55,701 bases of DNA from Candidatus Woesearchaeota archaeon (GTDB lineage: Archaea > Nanobdellota > Nanobdellia > Pacearchaeales > GW2011-AR1), in contig CAZJEO010000003.1 of the NCBI GenBank assembly GCA_964545065.1, positions 1 to 55,701 of the forward strand. Reading direction: 5' to 3'. The notes beneath the pieces are model-generated. The model was not told the origin of the DNA, did not search any database, and saw nothing but the letters and a program-made list of their open reading frames with translations. Positions 1 through 8,763 of the stretch are shown here, piece after piece; position 1 is the stretch's first letter; each line of letters opens with the position of its first letter. Both the position numbers and the translations under genes were made by a program.

Positions 1-2
1 TA

Positions 3-647
3 AAAATTAAGATAGAAACAGGTAAGAGTGATGAAGAAATTGAAGAGGATATAGAGAAACTTGAAATTGATGCGGGAGTATCTGGAATTGAGATAGAAGC
101 TGAAATTGTTGGTAGTCAATCTGAAGTTGAAATCGAAAGAGAGTTTTCCACAACAACTACTGATAGAGAAGCAATTATCAATGAAATAATAGAGAAGTTT
201 GCTTTAGATAGGGAAATTGCTGATGTTGCTTTAGAACTTGAAGTTAAAGATGAGAATAAAGAATTAAAAGAAAAGTTTAAGGTTGAAGTTGAAATCGAAG
301 AAGGAATTGCAAAAGTTGAAATAGAACTCAAATTCGTTTTGGACACAATAGATAGAGAAGAAATTTTGAATGCTGTTGTAGAAAGGTCTCAATTAACAAG
401 AGAACAAATTGAAAGTGTTATGGAGTTTGAAATAGAAGATGAAGAGGAAGAATTAGAAATAGAGGTTGAAATAGAAGATGGAATTGCAGAAGTTAAGGTT
501 GAACTTGGTAAAGAAGAATTTGAATTTACTTTAGAAACTACAGATAGAGAAATAATTATTTCTGAAATTATGGATAGAACAGGATTAACAAGAGAAGAAA
601 TAGAAAATGTTATAGAATTTGAAGAAGATGAAGAGATTGAGGAATAG
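3..647 (+). CDS. Acidic tandem-repeat protein, 5'-truncated by window edge
   Basis: Frame 3 is open from base 3 to TAG 645-647; the track ORF 339..647 starts at an internal TTG. It contains three ~60-aa repeats with pattern E[IV]E[IV]E.G.A.V.[IV]EL ... T.DRE.I ... L.RE.I..V.EFE, and is extremely E/I-rich. Confidence 0.5.
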   Translation, partial: KIKIETGKSDEEIEEDIEKLEIDAGVSGIEIEAEIVGSQSEVEIEREFSTTTTDREAIINEIIEKFALDREIADVALELEVKDENKELKEKFKVEVEIEEGIAKVEIELKFVLDTIDREEILNAVVERSQLTREQIESVMEFEIEDEEEELEIEVEIEDGIAEVKVELGKEEFEFTLETTDREIIISEIMDRTGLTREEIENVIEFEEDEEIEE

Positions 648-725
648 GACGAAGAATAATTAGATTCTATATTTAATTTTAGATTAAAACATTAAATTAA
701 TAAAGTATTTTCTTCTTCTAAAATC

Positions 726-1208
726 ATGAGGTCAAAGAGAGGTCAGTTTTATTTAATTGCTGCTATAATTATTATTCTAGTGATTGCGGGATTTGTGACT
801 GTTTCTAATTATGCAAAGAGAAGCAGTTCTGTTACACTTTATGATTTTGGGGAAGAGCTGGGAATTGAAAGCCAGAATGTTCTTGATTATGGGAGTGCTC
901 TGAGTGAAGCAGAGATGAATGATCTTTGGCAGATATTTATTGAAGATTATAAAGATTATGCAGGAGGGGGTAAAGATCTTTATTTTATTTTTGGGAACTG
1001 GTCAGGAATAGGTATAAATGGTTTGAATATTGTGGCTTATGAAAATCTATTATCTGTTAGTGCTCCTACAATGACTCCGTCTAATAATAAAGTTCAAATC
1101 ACAATTGAAGACATCACCTATGAATTTGATTTAATTCAGGGGCAGAATTTTTATTTCGTAGTTTCTCAGGAAATTGATGGGGATAAATATGTTGCGAAGA
1201 ATGGATAA
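726..1208 (+). CDS. Pilin-like protein with class III (type IV prepilin-like) signal
   Basis: N-terminus is MRSKRG/QFYLIAAIIIILVIAGFVTV: a short basic segment ending in RG, Q at +1, then ~20 hydrophobic residues. It lies in the pilus locus. Confidence 0.6.
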   Translation: MRSKRGQFYLIAAIIIILVIAGFVTVSNYAKRSSSVTLYDFGEELGIESQNVLDYGSALSEAEMNDLWQIFIEDYKDYAGGGKDLYFIFGNWSGIGINGLNIVAYENLLSVSAPTMTPSNNKVQITIEDITYEFDLIQGQNFYFVVSQEIDGDKYVAKNG

Positions 1209-2310
1209 AAAAGGGCTGAGCATAATGATTGGGTATGTGCTGTTAATTGTGATTGCTATTGTGATGAGCCTTATTGTTTACCAGTGGGTTAAGACTTATA
1301 TACCTAAGGGAGGAATTGAATGTGTCGACGGTGTTTCTGTTTTTTTAAAGAATGTTACTTATAATTGTAACGATGGAAAATTAGACATTACTTTTCAGAA
1401 TAATGGGCGGTTTGATGTTGCTGGTTTTTTTATACATGCTACAGAGGCTATTGGTGATGATCTGGCGACGCTGGATTTGTCTAGTAAGATTAATGTCACC
1501 CATAATCCTGATGATTGGATGCCATATAAGAATTCTATTGTCTTTACACTTGGAGGACAATTGTTTGACACCAATACTTTAACACCTGAAAGTCCAAATA
1601 ATGAAGCTAAACTGAGATTTGATTATATGGGTTTGGGAGATAAGAAGATTGAAATAACTCCAGTGAGGTTTGAAGAAATTGACGAGAGAATTAGATTTGT
1701 AACTTGTGGTAATGCTCGGATTGAACATGGGGTGAGTTGTTATGAGGCACCTGAAGTTTGTATACCAATTTGTATGGGGATATGTGGAGATGATGGTTGT
1801 CTTCCTTATGATGATACTGACTGTGGAACTTGTACTGGTGTTGGAGAAATTTGTGATGGAGGATTATGTGTTGTTTGTACTCCTGATTGTGGCACAAGAA
1901 TATGTGGTCCCGCACCAAATGGTTGTGGTGGTGAATATGAATGTGGACCTTGTGATGTTGATGAAGAATGTTCAATAGATGGAACTTCTTGTGAGCTTCT
2001 TTGTAGAAATGGTGTGCGTGATGATGGAGAAGAATGTGATGATGGTAATCCTGATAGTGGAGATGGATGTTCTTCCTCTTGTACTATTGAAGCAGGATGG
2101 ATATGTGATGAAACAGAACCAAATAATATTTGTGAGGTAGATATTGAATATACCTGTACAAATTATTGTCAAGACCTAGAATATGACTCTGGCACATGTA
2201 CGTCTAATCAAGGACAATGTACTCAGATTCCTGGAATAATAGTGGGACAAGGATCAGTTGTATTTTGTGAGATAGAAGATTACTACTGTTGTTGTTTTAA
2301 TAATGCTTAA
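1201..2310 (+). CDS. Pilin-like protein fused to a cysteine-rich C-terminal module
   Basis: I prefer ATG 1201 (MDKKG/LSIMIGYVLLIVIAIVMSLIV), which overlaps the upstream stop, over the track start at 1174. The C-terminal half is Cys-rich: DCGTC, CGPC, and CRNGVRDDGEECDDGNPDSGDGCSSSCTIEAGW, which matches the Myxococcus-type cysteine-rich repeat pattern. Confidence 0.65.
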   Translation: MDKKGLSIMIGYVLLIVIAIVMSLIVYQWVKTYIPKGGIECVDGVSVFLKNVTYNCNDGKLDITFQNNGRFDVAGFFIHATEAIGDDLATLDLSSKINVTHNPDDWMPYKNSIVFTLGGQLFDTNTLTPESPNNEAKLRFDYMGLGDKKIEITPVRFEEIDERIRFVTCGNARIEHGVSCYEAPEVCIPICMGICGDDGCLPYDDTDCGTCTGVGEICDGGLCVVCTPDCGTRICGPAPNGCGGEYECGPCDVDEECSIDGTSCELLCRNGVRDDGEECDDGNPDSGDGCSSSCTIEAGWICDETEPNNICEVDIEYTCTNYCQDLEYDSGTCTSNQGQCTQIPGIIVGQGSVVFCEIEDYYCCCFNNA

Positions 2311-2336
2311 TCAACATCAAAATTTATAAACTTAAA

Positions 2337-2837
2337 ATGCTTTTAAATAAAATGAAAAGAGGAATGAAGAAAGGGATTTCGCCAGTTATTGCTACTGTTT
2401 TATTAATTGCTATGGTGGTTGTAATTGCGCTGATTGTTTTTGTCTGGTTCAGGGGAATGGTTGGTGAGAGTGCAATAAAGATGGGGAAAAACATAAAACT
2501 TGTTTGTGATGATGTTGAATTTGATGCAAGTTATTCTTCGGGTAAATTAACTGTGATTAACAGAGCAGACGTTCCAATTTTTCAATTAAGAGTTAGATTA
2601 TCTGGAGGTGGTGCGCATAGCACAGAAGAGATAACATCAAACACACATGATGGTGTTCCCTCTAGTAAGGGTTTATGGGAACAAATAGGATTGACGCAAG
2701 AAGGAAGATTTGTAGGAGAATTTAGTGCTGGGACTGCTGAAAAAATAACTGTATTTCCTGTTTTGATTGGAGAATCTGAAGAAGGGAGAAGGACATATGT
2801 TTGTGAGGGACAGTATGGAGAGGAAATTGAAGTATAA
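2337..2837 (+). CDS. Archaeal type IV pilin-like protein (DUF1628-type N-terminal domain)
   Basis: MKRGMKKG/ISPVIATVLLIAMVVVIALIVFVW is the classic archaeal pilin/flagellin-like N-terminal motif KGxSPVIATVLLIA. The true start may be the internal ATG at 2352 or 2364. Confidence 0.7.
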   Translation: MLLNKMKRGMKKGISPVIATVLLIAMVVVIALIVFVWFRGMVGESAIKMGKNIKLVCDDVEFDASYSSGKLTVINRADVPIFQLRVRLSGGGAHSTEEITSNTHDGVPSSKGLWEQIGLTQEGRFVGEFSAGTAEKITVFPVLIGESEEGRRTYVCEGQYGEEIEV

Positions 2838-3393
2838 AAAAGGGTTGTCTGGAGTAGTTACTGCGATGATTATGATTGGTTTGGTTCTGGTTGCAGCTGG
2901 GATTATCTGGGGGGTTGTGAGCAGGATATTGCAAAGTTCTGAAGGAGCAGAGTCGTGTATTGAAACCATCAATAAGGTTACAATTAATGGTATCTATACT
3001 TGTTATGATGAGGGACTTGAACAAGTTCATTTTTCCCTGAGTATTGAGGATATTGATGTTGATGAAGTGGCTGTTTCTATTTCTTCTGCTGGAAATGTTC
3101 AATCTTATACATTAACCAATACTGATGAAACTATTGATGATTTGTTTCCTTACAAGACTAAGGCCAGTTATTGTCCTGCTACAGCTTGTACAGGAAATGA
3201 TGTTTGTATAAATGGAAATTGTATTCCTCCACAAGCAGTTAAACTTCCAGGGAAAAGAGGAGGCCAAACTTATGTGGCTAATGGTTTTATCTCTGAACCT
3301 GATTTAATTAGGATTGCCCCTACAATTAGTGGAAAGTCATGCGATGTTTCTGATTCTCTTTCTCACATCGAATTTTGTTCTTTATCGGCTTAA
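2815..3393 (+). CDS. Pilin-like protein with class III signal
   Basis: Internal ATG 2815 gives MERKLKYKKG/LSGVVTAMIMIGLVLVAAGIIW. The track start 2767 would overlap the previous gene by 70 nt. Confidence 0.6.
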   Translation: MERKLKYKKGLSGVVTAMIMIGLVLVAAGIIWGVVSRILQSSEGAESCIETINKVTINGIYTCYDEGLEQVHFSLSIEDIDVDEVAVSISSAGNVQSYTLTNTDETIDDLFPYKTKASYCPATACTGNDVCINGNCIPPQAVKLPGKRGGQTYVANGFISEPDLIRIAPTISGKSCDVSDSLSHIEFCSLSA

Positions 3394-3400
3394 CATTAAT

Positions 3401-3410
3401 TATTTAAATT
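3401..3410 (+). promoter_or_regulatory. TATA-box candidate (AATTATTTAAATTAGATT motif) for 3430 gene
   Basis: TATTTAAATT is centred ~24 nt upstream of ATG 3430, implying a leaderless or near-leaderless mRNA. The same extended motif recurs at 12596-12608 and 13185-13203. Confidence 0.5.
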
Positions 3411-3429
3411 AGATTTTATTTAGAATTTC

Positions 3430-3954
3430 ATGAAAAGAGGTAAGAGGGGACAAGTTTGGGTAGAGACTGTTATTTACACTTTGATTGCGTTTGTTATGAT
3501 TGGACTTGTGCTTTCGTTTGCTAGACCGAAAATAGAAGAGTTGCAGGACAAGTCAATTATTGAAAAGTCTATTACAATGATGAAAGAAATTGACTCAATA
3601 ATTTTGGATATTGGGATTCCTGGAAATAAGAGACCGGTAGAGATTAGAATCAGAGAAGGAGAATTGAAAATAGATGGTGTTAATGATGAACTTGTTTTTG
3701 AAATGGAAAGTGAATATGCTTATAGTGAGCTAGATAGGGAGATTGTTGATGGAAATTTGATAATCGTTACTGAAAAATCAGGGAGTGCGAATATTGTCAA
3801 AATAACAAGGAGTTATGGAACTTCTTATGACATACAATATCAGGAAACTAATGAAGAAAAAACTCTCAGTAAATCTTCTACTTCATACAGATTATCAATA
3901 GAGAATAAAAGAATAACCGCTAATAAAATAGTAATTAATTTCGATGTGACATGA
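3430..3954 (+). CDS. Pilin-like protein with class III signal
   Basis: MKRGKRG/QVWVETVIYTLIAFVMIGLVLSF has RG/Q followed by a hydrophobic helix. Its stop overlaps the ATPase start (ATGA). Confidence 0.6.
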   Translation: MKRGKRGQVWVETVIYTLIAFVMIGLVLSFARPKIEELQDKSIIEKSITMMKEIDSIILDIGIPGNKRPVEIRIREGELKIDGVNDELVFEMESEYAYSELDREIVDGNLIIVTEKSGSANIVKITRSYGTSYDIQYQETNEEKTLSKSSTSYRLSIENKRITANKIVINFDVT

Positions 3955-5501
3955 TGGAACAAGCAATACTTACTTACCAAAGAGTTGCGATTGATTTTTC
4001 GCCGAAAGTACCTCCCTTGAAAAAGATAAAAGACAAAACAAAGGTTGATGTTAGATATTGTCTTATTTCTCCATTCGCATTTGTGCATATCCATTGGGAC
4101 CCAGAGATCTATGAAATTATTTATGAAATTGAAGAGCCGATTCTTACTGAAGAAGAGATGAAATACAAGGACCAGATATCAGAGGCAATGAGAGATATGA
4201 TAAATTTCTACAAGGTTGTTGGAAGAGAAACAGATTCTCTTCTTGAATATATTGACAAGCGGTTGAAAATTCTTGCTATTGAATTTGGAATTAATTTATC
4301 TTATGAAACATACAAGAAAATATATTATCATCTTTGCCGGGACTTTATTGGGTTTAATGAAATTGAGCCTGTACTAAGAGATTATTTTATAGAGGATATT
4401 GAGTGCAATGGAGTTGATAGTCCGATTTATGTTGTTCATCGAGTATATCGAAATATGAAGACAAACCTTATTTTCAAAAAAGAAGAAAAATTGGAGAGTT
4501 TTGTTGAGAAGCTCGCGCAGAGGTGTGGGAAATATATATCTTATGCTAGCCCGATTCTTGATGGGAGTCTTCCTGATGGTTCGAGGGTGAATGCAACTTA
4601 TACAAGAGATATTACTAGCAAGGGTCCTACATTCACAATCAGGAAGTTTACAAAAAAGCCGTGGACACCGATTCAGTTGATTTCGTTTAAGACCCTGAGT
4701 ATAGAAATGCTGGCTTATCTCTGGTTGGTGGTTCAGTATAAGATGAATATACTTATTACAGGTGGAACAGCTTCGGGAAAAACAACTCTGTTGAATGCCC
4801 TTGCTTTTTTCATCCCTCCTGAAGCTCGTGTAGTAAGTATAGAAGACACGCGTGAATTGAATCTTCCGAGAGAGAACTGGCTTCCAAGTGTGGCTAGGAC
4901 TTCTGCTGCACTTACTGAGAAAAATGATATAACTTTGTTTACTTTGCTGAGAAGTTCATTCAGGCAAAATCCAGATTATGTAATTGTTGGTGAGGTTAGG
5001 GGAAAAGAAGCATCTGTATTGTTTCAGGGAATGGCATCAGGACATTCTTCTATGAGCACTATGCACTCAGATTCAGTAGATACCTTGATAAAAAGATTGG
5101 AGACGCCTCCTATTGAACTTTCCCCCACACTTGTTAATGTTCTCGACTGCGTTTGTATTATGACACATGCGCTTGTGAACAAAAAAGAAACAAGAAAACT
5201 TAGGGAGATAGTTGAGATTGTAAATGTTAATCTTAACGGGATTGCAACTACGAATACGCCTTTTATGTGGAATCCTGCAGAAGATAGTTTTTATTTTAAG
5301 AGGAAAAAAACTGTGATAGAAAAAATTTCAAAGCGGCATGGATTAAGCATGGAAGAATTGGAAATTGAATTTAGAAAAAGAGTTAAACTTATTTACATGC
5401 TGCATCAAAAAAATGTTTCCAAATTTGAAGAGGTTCAGGAAATTGTCAATAGATATTATAAAAAACCTGAATCTGTGTTAAGGGAATTCGGAGTACAGTA
5501 A
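3951..5501 (+). CDS. Type II/IV secretion-family ATPase (archaeal PilB/FlaI-like pilus assembly ATPase)
   Basis: Walker A is GGTASGKTTLLNAL and Walker B / Asp box is DYVIVGEVRGKEA. SMSTMHSDS is a His-box-like segment. Length is 516 aa and the gene is flanked by pilin and platform genes. Confidence 0.9.
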   Translation: MMEQAILTYQRVAIDFSPKVPPLKKIKDKTKVDVRYCLISPFAFVHIHWDPEIYEIIYEIEEPILTEEEMKYKDQISEAMRDMINFYKVVGRETDSLLEYIDKRLKILAIEFGINLSYETYKKIYYHLCRDFIGFNEIEPVLRDYFIEDIECNGVDSPIYVVHRVYRNMKTNLIFKKEEKLESFVEKLAQRCGKYISYASPILDGSLPDGSRVNATYTRDITSKGPTFTIRKFTKKPWTPIQLISFKTLSIEMLAYLWLVVQYKMNILITGGTASGKTTLLNALAFFIPPEARVVSIEDTRELNLPRENWLPSVARTSAALTEKNDITLFTLLRSSFRQNPDYVIVGEVRGKEASVLFQGMASGHSSMSTMHSDSVDTLIKRLETPPIELSPTLVNVLDCVCIMTHALVNKKETRKLREIVEIVNVNLNGIATTNTPFMWNPAEDSFYFKRKKTVIEKISKRHGLSMEELEIEFRKRVKLIYMLHQKNVSKFEEVQEIVNRYYKKPESVLREFGVQ

Positions 5502-5536
5502 GAAGTTTTTTATAACATTAATTCATTATTCTTTTT

Positions 5537-5701
5537 ATGAAAAAAGGGGATATATCTGTTCTTAACCAGCTTATTATGACTTTGGAGCAAACAGAGGATA
5601 AGTTGGAAGAAGCTTATGAAAAAAAGAATTCTGAAGGGTTTATTGAGTCAAAGAAAATGATGCTTCAAATTCAGAAACAGATATCTCGGATGCTGAAATA
5701 A
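5537..5701 (+). CDS. Small (54 aa) coiled-coil protein, hypothetical
   Basis: This ATG..TAA ORF is below the track size cut-off (MKKGDISVLNQLIMTLEQTEDKLEEAYEKK...). It fills the ATPase-platform gap, and a T/A-rich TATA-like stretch lies ~23 nt upstream. Confidence 0.3.
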   Translation: MKKGDISVLNQLIMTLEQTEDKLEEAYEKKNSEGFIESKKMMLQIQKQISRMLK

Positions 5702-5702
5702 A

Positions 5703-7025
5703 ATGGCTAGAAAAGAATTTGAAGAATTGAGGAAAGCGATCGATATTGAGAAAAAAGCTGTGAAAGAATTGGAGACTTCGCTGAATCATCTTGAAAATGC
5801 GAAGGATGCTAAAGAGAAAAAAGTAGTTCGAGAACATGTTAATGCTCTGAAGGATTCAATGAAGAAATCTAATGGCAGTATTCTCACTGAGCTTGAGAAG
5901 ATTAATGTTGCAAAGCCGTTAGCTGGAAAAAAGGAAGAACCCCTTGGGGCTGTTGGAGAAAAAGGGAAAAAAGTGCAGGAATTAAAAAAGAAAATTTTCT
6001 TAACAGATGATAATAAGCCAAAAGGGTTGGGCAAATCTGCAAAACAACTTTCGTTTCTTGAGAGAGAAGTAATAAAGAGGATTAAGAAAAAAGGGCAGAC
6101 AGTTGAAAAAAAAGAAATTGAAAAGCCGAAAAAATATACAAAAATTGCGAACCAGCTTTTTTATGACACTGCAAGAAAAATCTCTTCTGAGAAAAGTTTT
6201 GATACACTGAAAAAAGATCTTATGAAGACAAATCTTAGATTCACTCCTATAACTTATCTTTCTATAATTTTGTTTACTACAACAATTTCTGCAATTATTG
6301 GATTTTTGCTTTTTGTGTTTTTCTTATTTTTCAGAATCGGCATTGAGCTTCCAATCATAACACTGGCTCAGGGGAATTTTGGATTAAGGCTTTTGAAAGT
6401 TTTCTGGATAATTTTTGTGGTTCCAATAGTGACTTTTATGTTCATGTATTTTTATCCTACGCTTGAGAAAAAATCAGCTGAGAAAAAAATTAACAGTGAA
6501 CTTCCTTTTGCAGCTATACACATGTCTGCTATTTCTCAGTCATTGCTTGAGCCAAGTAAAATTTTTAGTATTATAATTACAACAAAAGAGTACCCTAATC
6601 TTGAGGGGGAATTTATCAAAATAATGAATCATATTAATGTTTATGGTTATGATTTGGTGACTTCGCTAAGGAGCACGGCGATGAACTGTCCTAGCAAAAA
6701 GTTAACGGATTTGTTGAATGGACTTGCCACAACGATAACTTCTGGGGGGGTTTTGAATGAATTTTTTGATAAACGGGCGCAGACACTTTTGTTTGAACAT
6801 AGACTAGAAGAAGAAAAGGCGACAAAGGCAGCAGAGACATTTATGGATATTTACATTAGTGTTGTTATTGCTGCTCCGATGATTTTCATGCTTTTGCTGA
6901 TGATGATGCGAATCAGCGGACTGGGCGTGAGCATGGGAACCTCATCAATAACATTGATTATGGTTTTGGGGGTTTCATTATTAAATATTGCATTCATCTC
7001 ATTTTTGCAGTTGAAAAAATCATAA
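5703..7025 (+). CDS. Pilus platform membrane protein, T2SSF-domain (TadB/TadC/FlaJ-like), part 1
   Basis: It has a ~190-aa charged coiled-coil N-terminus, then a polytopic region with LPFAAIHMSAISQSLLEPSKIF...GYDLVTSLRSTA...LNGLATTITSGG, typical of T2SSF domains. Confidence 0.8.
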   Translation: MARKEFEELRKAIDIEKKAVKELETSLNHLENAKDAKEKKVVREHVNALKDSMKKSNGSILTELEKINVAKPLAGKKEEPLGAVGEKGKKVQELKKKIFLTDDNKPKGLGKSAKQLSFLEREVIKRIKKKGQTVEKKEIEKPKKYTKIANQLFYDTARKISSEKSFDTLKKDLMKTNLRFTPITYLSIILFTTTISAIIGFLLFVFFLFFRIGIELPIITLAQGNFGLRLLKVFWIIFVVPIVTFMFMYFYPTLEKKSAEKKINSELPFAAIHMSAISQSLLEPSKIFSIIITTKEYPNLEGEFIKIMNHINVYGYDLVTSLRSTAMNCPSKKLTDLLNGLATTITSGGVLNEFFDKRAQTLLFEHRLEEEKATKAAETFMDIYISVVIAAPMIFMLLLMMMRISGLGVSMGTSSITLIMVLGVSLLNIAFISFLQLKKS

Positions 7026-7026
7026 G

Positions 7027-7881
7027 ATGGAATTAAAAAAGATACACAAAGCTGGGTTGATTGCGGGGGGCGTGGTTGTTGCACTTTCATTCATAGCCTT
7101 GAACACGAATTTTTTCTTTTTTATTATTGGGCTTGGAATTATTGTGGGAGTTTCTCCTTTTGTAATTAGCATAATTAATGAAGCAAGAATTGCGAGTGAG
7201 AAAGAAGATATGTTTCTGGAGTTTTCGAGGAACCTTGTTGAAAGTGTAAAAACAGGAACTCCAATAAGCAAGAGTATAATTAACATGAGGGGAAGGTCAT
7301 ATGGGGTTTTAAGTCAACATGTTACTAAACTCGCGAACCAAATTTCCTTGGGAATTCCTCTGAATATGGCACTATCAGTGTTTTCGAGGGACATTAATAA
7401 TAGGAATATTTCTAGAGCACTGACTTTAATTGGGCAGGCAGAAAGGGCTGGGGGAGATATAGGACAGATTCTTGAAGCTGTTGCAAGAGCGGTAAATCTT
7501 TCTGATAAACTTAAGAAAGAAAGAAAGGCTGCTATTTCGACGCTGGTTGCCCAAGGTTATATTATCTTTTTTGTATTCATGGTAATTGTGTTGATTATGC
7601 AATTTTACATAGTGCCAATGATTTCTGGTATTTCTAGTGCAGGTTCTCTGGGAATTTCTGGGATTTCTTCAGGAGCAGATATAGATTCAGATGAAATCTC
7701 TGACGCGTTTTTGTATCTTCTTTTGTTTCAGGGATTTTTCAGTGGTTTAACAATAGGGAAGTTGTCAGAAGGCAATCTTAAAGCTGGTGTGAAACATTCT
7801 TTTGCCCTGATGCTTATGGCGTTCATAATTTCTTCTATTTCTAATTTAATTGCTGTGGGCGGTGGAGCTGTTGCAGGATGA
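7027..7881 (+). CDS. Pilus platform membrane protein, T2SSF-domain, part 2
   Basis: This is a second T2SSF-like domain (FSRNLVESVKTGTPISKSI...LTLIGQAERAGGDIGQILEAVA) with flanking TM helices. It starts 2 nt after the part 1 stop. Confidence 0.8.
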   Translation: MELKKIHKAGLIAGGVVVALSFIALNTNFFFFIIGLGIIVGVSPFVISIINEARIASEKEDMFLEFSRNLVESVKTGTPISKSIINMRGRSYGVLSQHVTKLANQISLGIPLNMALSVFSRDINNRNISRALTLIGQAERAGGDIGQILEAVARAVNLSDKLKKERKAAISTLVAQGYIIFFVFMVIVLIMQFYIVPMISGISSAGSLGISGISSGADIDSDEISDAFLYLLLFQGFFSGLTIGKLSEGNLKAGVKHSFALMLMAFIISSISNLIAVGGGAVAG

Positions 7882-8300
7882 GGAATAAAAAAGGTTCACA
7901 TGTTGGGATGATGCTTTCATTTGTTATTTTCATAACTTTTATTGTATTTATGCTTACCACGTTTGATCCACTAGTACGTTCTGGAAAGAATGAAAAATAC
8001 CTTTTTGAACAATTGGAGAGAGCATTGCTTGAAAAGTTTAAAACAGACGGCGATGTACTTATTGCAAATATCCAGAGTGTGGAGGGAGAATATGAAGACC
8101 ATTATGATGATTTGAAAGATGATTTAAAGCTTCCAGAAAATGTTAATTTCTGGTTTAAGTTTGCTGATGTTGATACTGGTGTGGATATTGAACCAGATCA
8201 GGAAATTCTTGAAGGAACTAATGTTTATGTTAAGGATGTTTTTGTTTTGTATAAAGATCCGGGTATGAAAGGAGGATTTCTAACTATGAAAATATGGTGA
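7878..8300 (+). CDS. Pilin-like protein (weak class III signal)
   Basis: N-terminus is MRNKKG/SHVGMMLSFVIFITFIVFML. The start overlaps the upstream gene as ATGA. Confidence 0.5.
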   Translation: MRNKKGSHVGMMLSFVIFITFIVFMLTTFDPLVRSGKNEKYLFEQLERALLEKFKTDGDVLIANIQSVEGEYEDHYDDLKDDLKLPENVNFWFKFADVDTGVDIEPDQEILEGTNVYVKDVFVLYKDPGMKGGFLTMKIW

Positions 8301-8725
8301 GAGAGTTTAAGAATAAAAAAGGATGGATAAGAATTGTTGAAGCGTTTATTGCAATACTTTTGATAGCTGGAATTGTTCTGACACTCACGATGGGAGAATT
8401 TATTCAAAGAGAGGATTATTCTGAGATATATGATGCGCAGTTGGGAATCTTGAGGGACATTCAGGTAAATGATACATTCAGACAGCAAATTTTAGAAGCG
8501 CCAAATGTTGATTCAGATGATAATAGCTTTCCAGGGGATGTTGAAACAAAAATTGAGAGTCTCACTCCTGTACATCTTGAATGCAAGGCAAAGATATGTG
8601 CCATAGATGCAGAATGTGGTATGAGCTTAGATAAAGAAGAGATACATGTTCAATCTGTTGCTATAATTGCAACTTCAACGACTTATGAACCGAAACAGTT
8701 AAAGCTTTTTTGTTGGAGGAAATAA
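8294..8725 (+). CDS. Pilin-like protein with class III signal
   Basis: N-terminus is MVREFKNKKG/WIRIVEAFIAILLIAGIVLTL, with Glu at +6 after the putative cleavage Gly. The gene overlaps its upstream neighbour. Confidence 0.55.
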   Translation: MVREFKNKKGWIRIVEAFIAILLIAGIVLTLTMGEFIQREDYSEIYDAQLGILRDIQVNDTFRQQILEAPNVDSDDNSFPGDVETKIESLTPVHLECKAKICAIDAECGMSLDKEEIHVQSVAIIATSTTYEPKQLKLFCWRK

Positions 8726-8763
8726 TTAGATAATATTAAAAACAATTTTTCCTATATCTCTTT

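Noticed and set aside
1174-1200. Track start codons 1174, 2767 and 24750
   Set aside because: The downstream ATGs (1201, 2815, 24807) give canonical pilin-type or Cca N-termini and remove long overlaps or implausible leader peptides.
1691-2172. His/Gln-rich antisense or alternate-frame ORFs over Cys-rich genes (e.g. 1691..1975, 1742..1978, 1972..2172, 9362..9691, 9929..10315, 19200..19400, 19434..19709)
   Set aside because: They are mirror images or frame-shifts of TGT/GAT-rich coding repeats, which makes them stop-poor by composition. The sense-strand proteins have clear domains.
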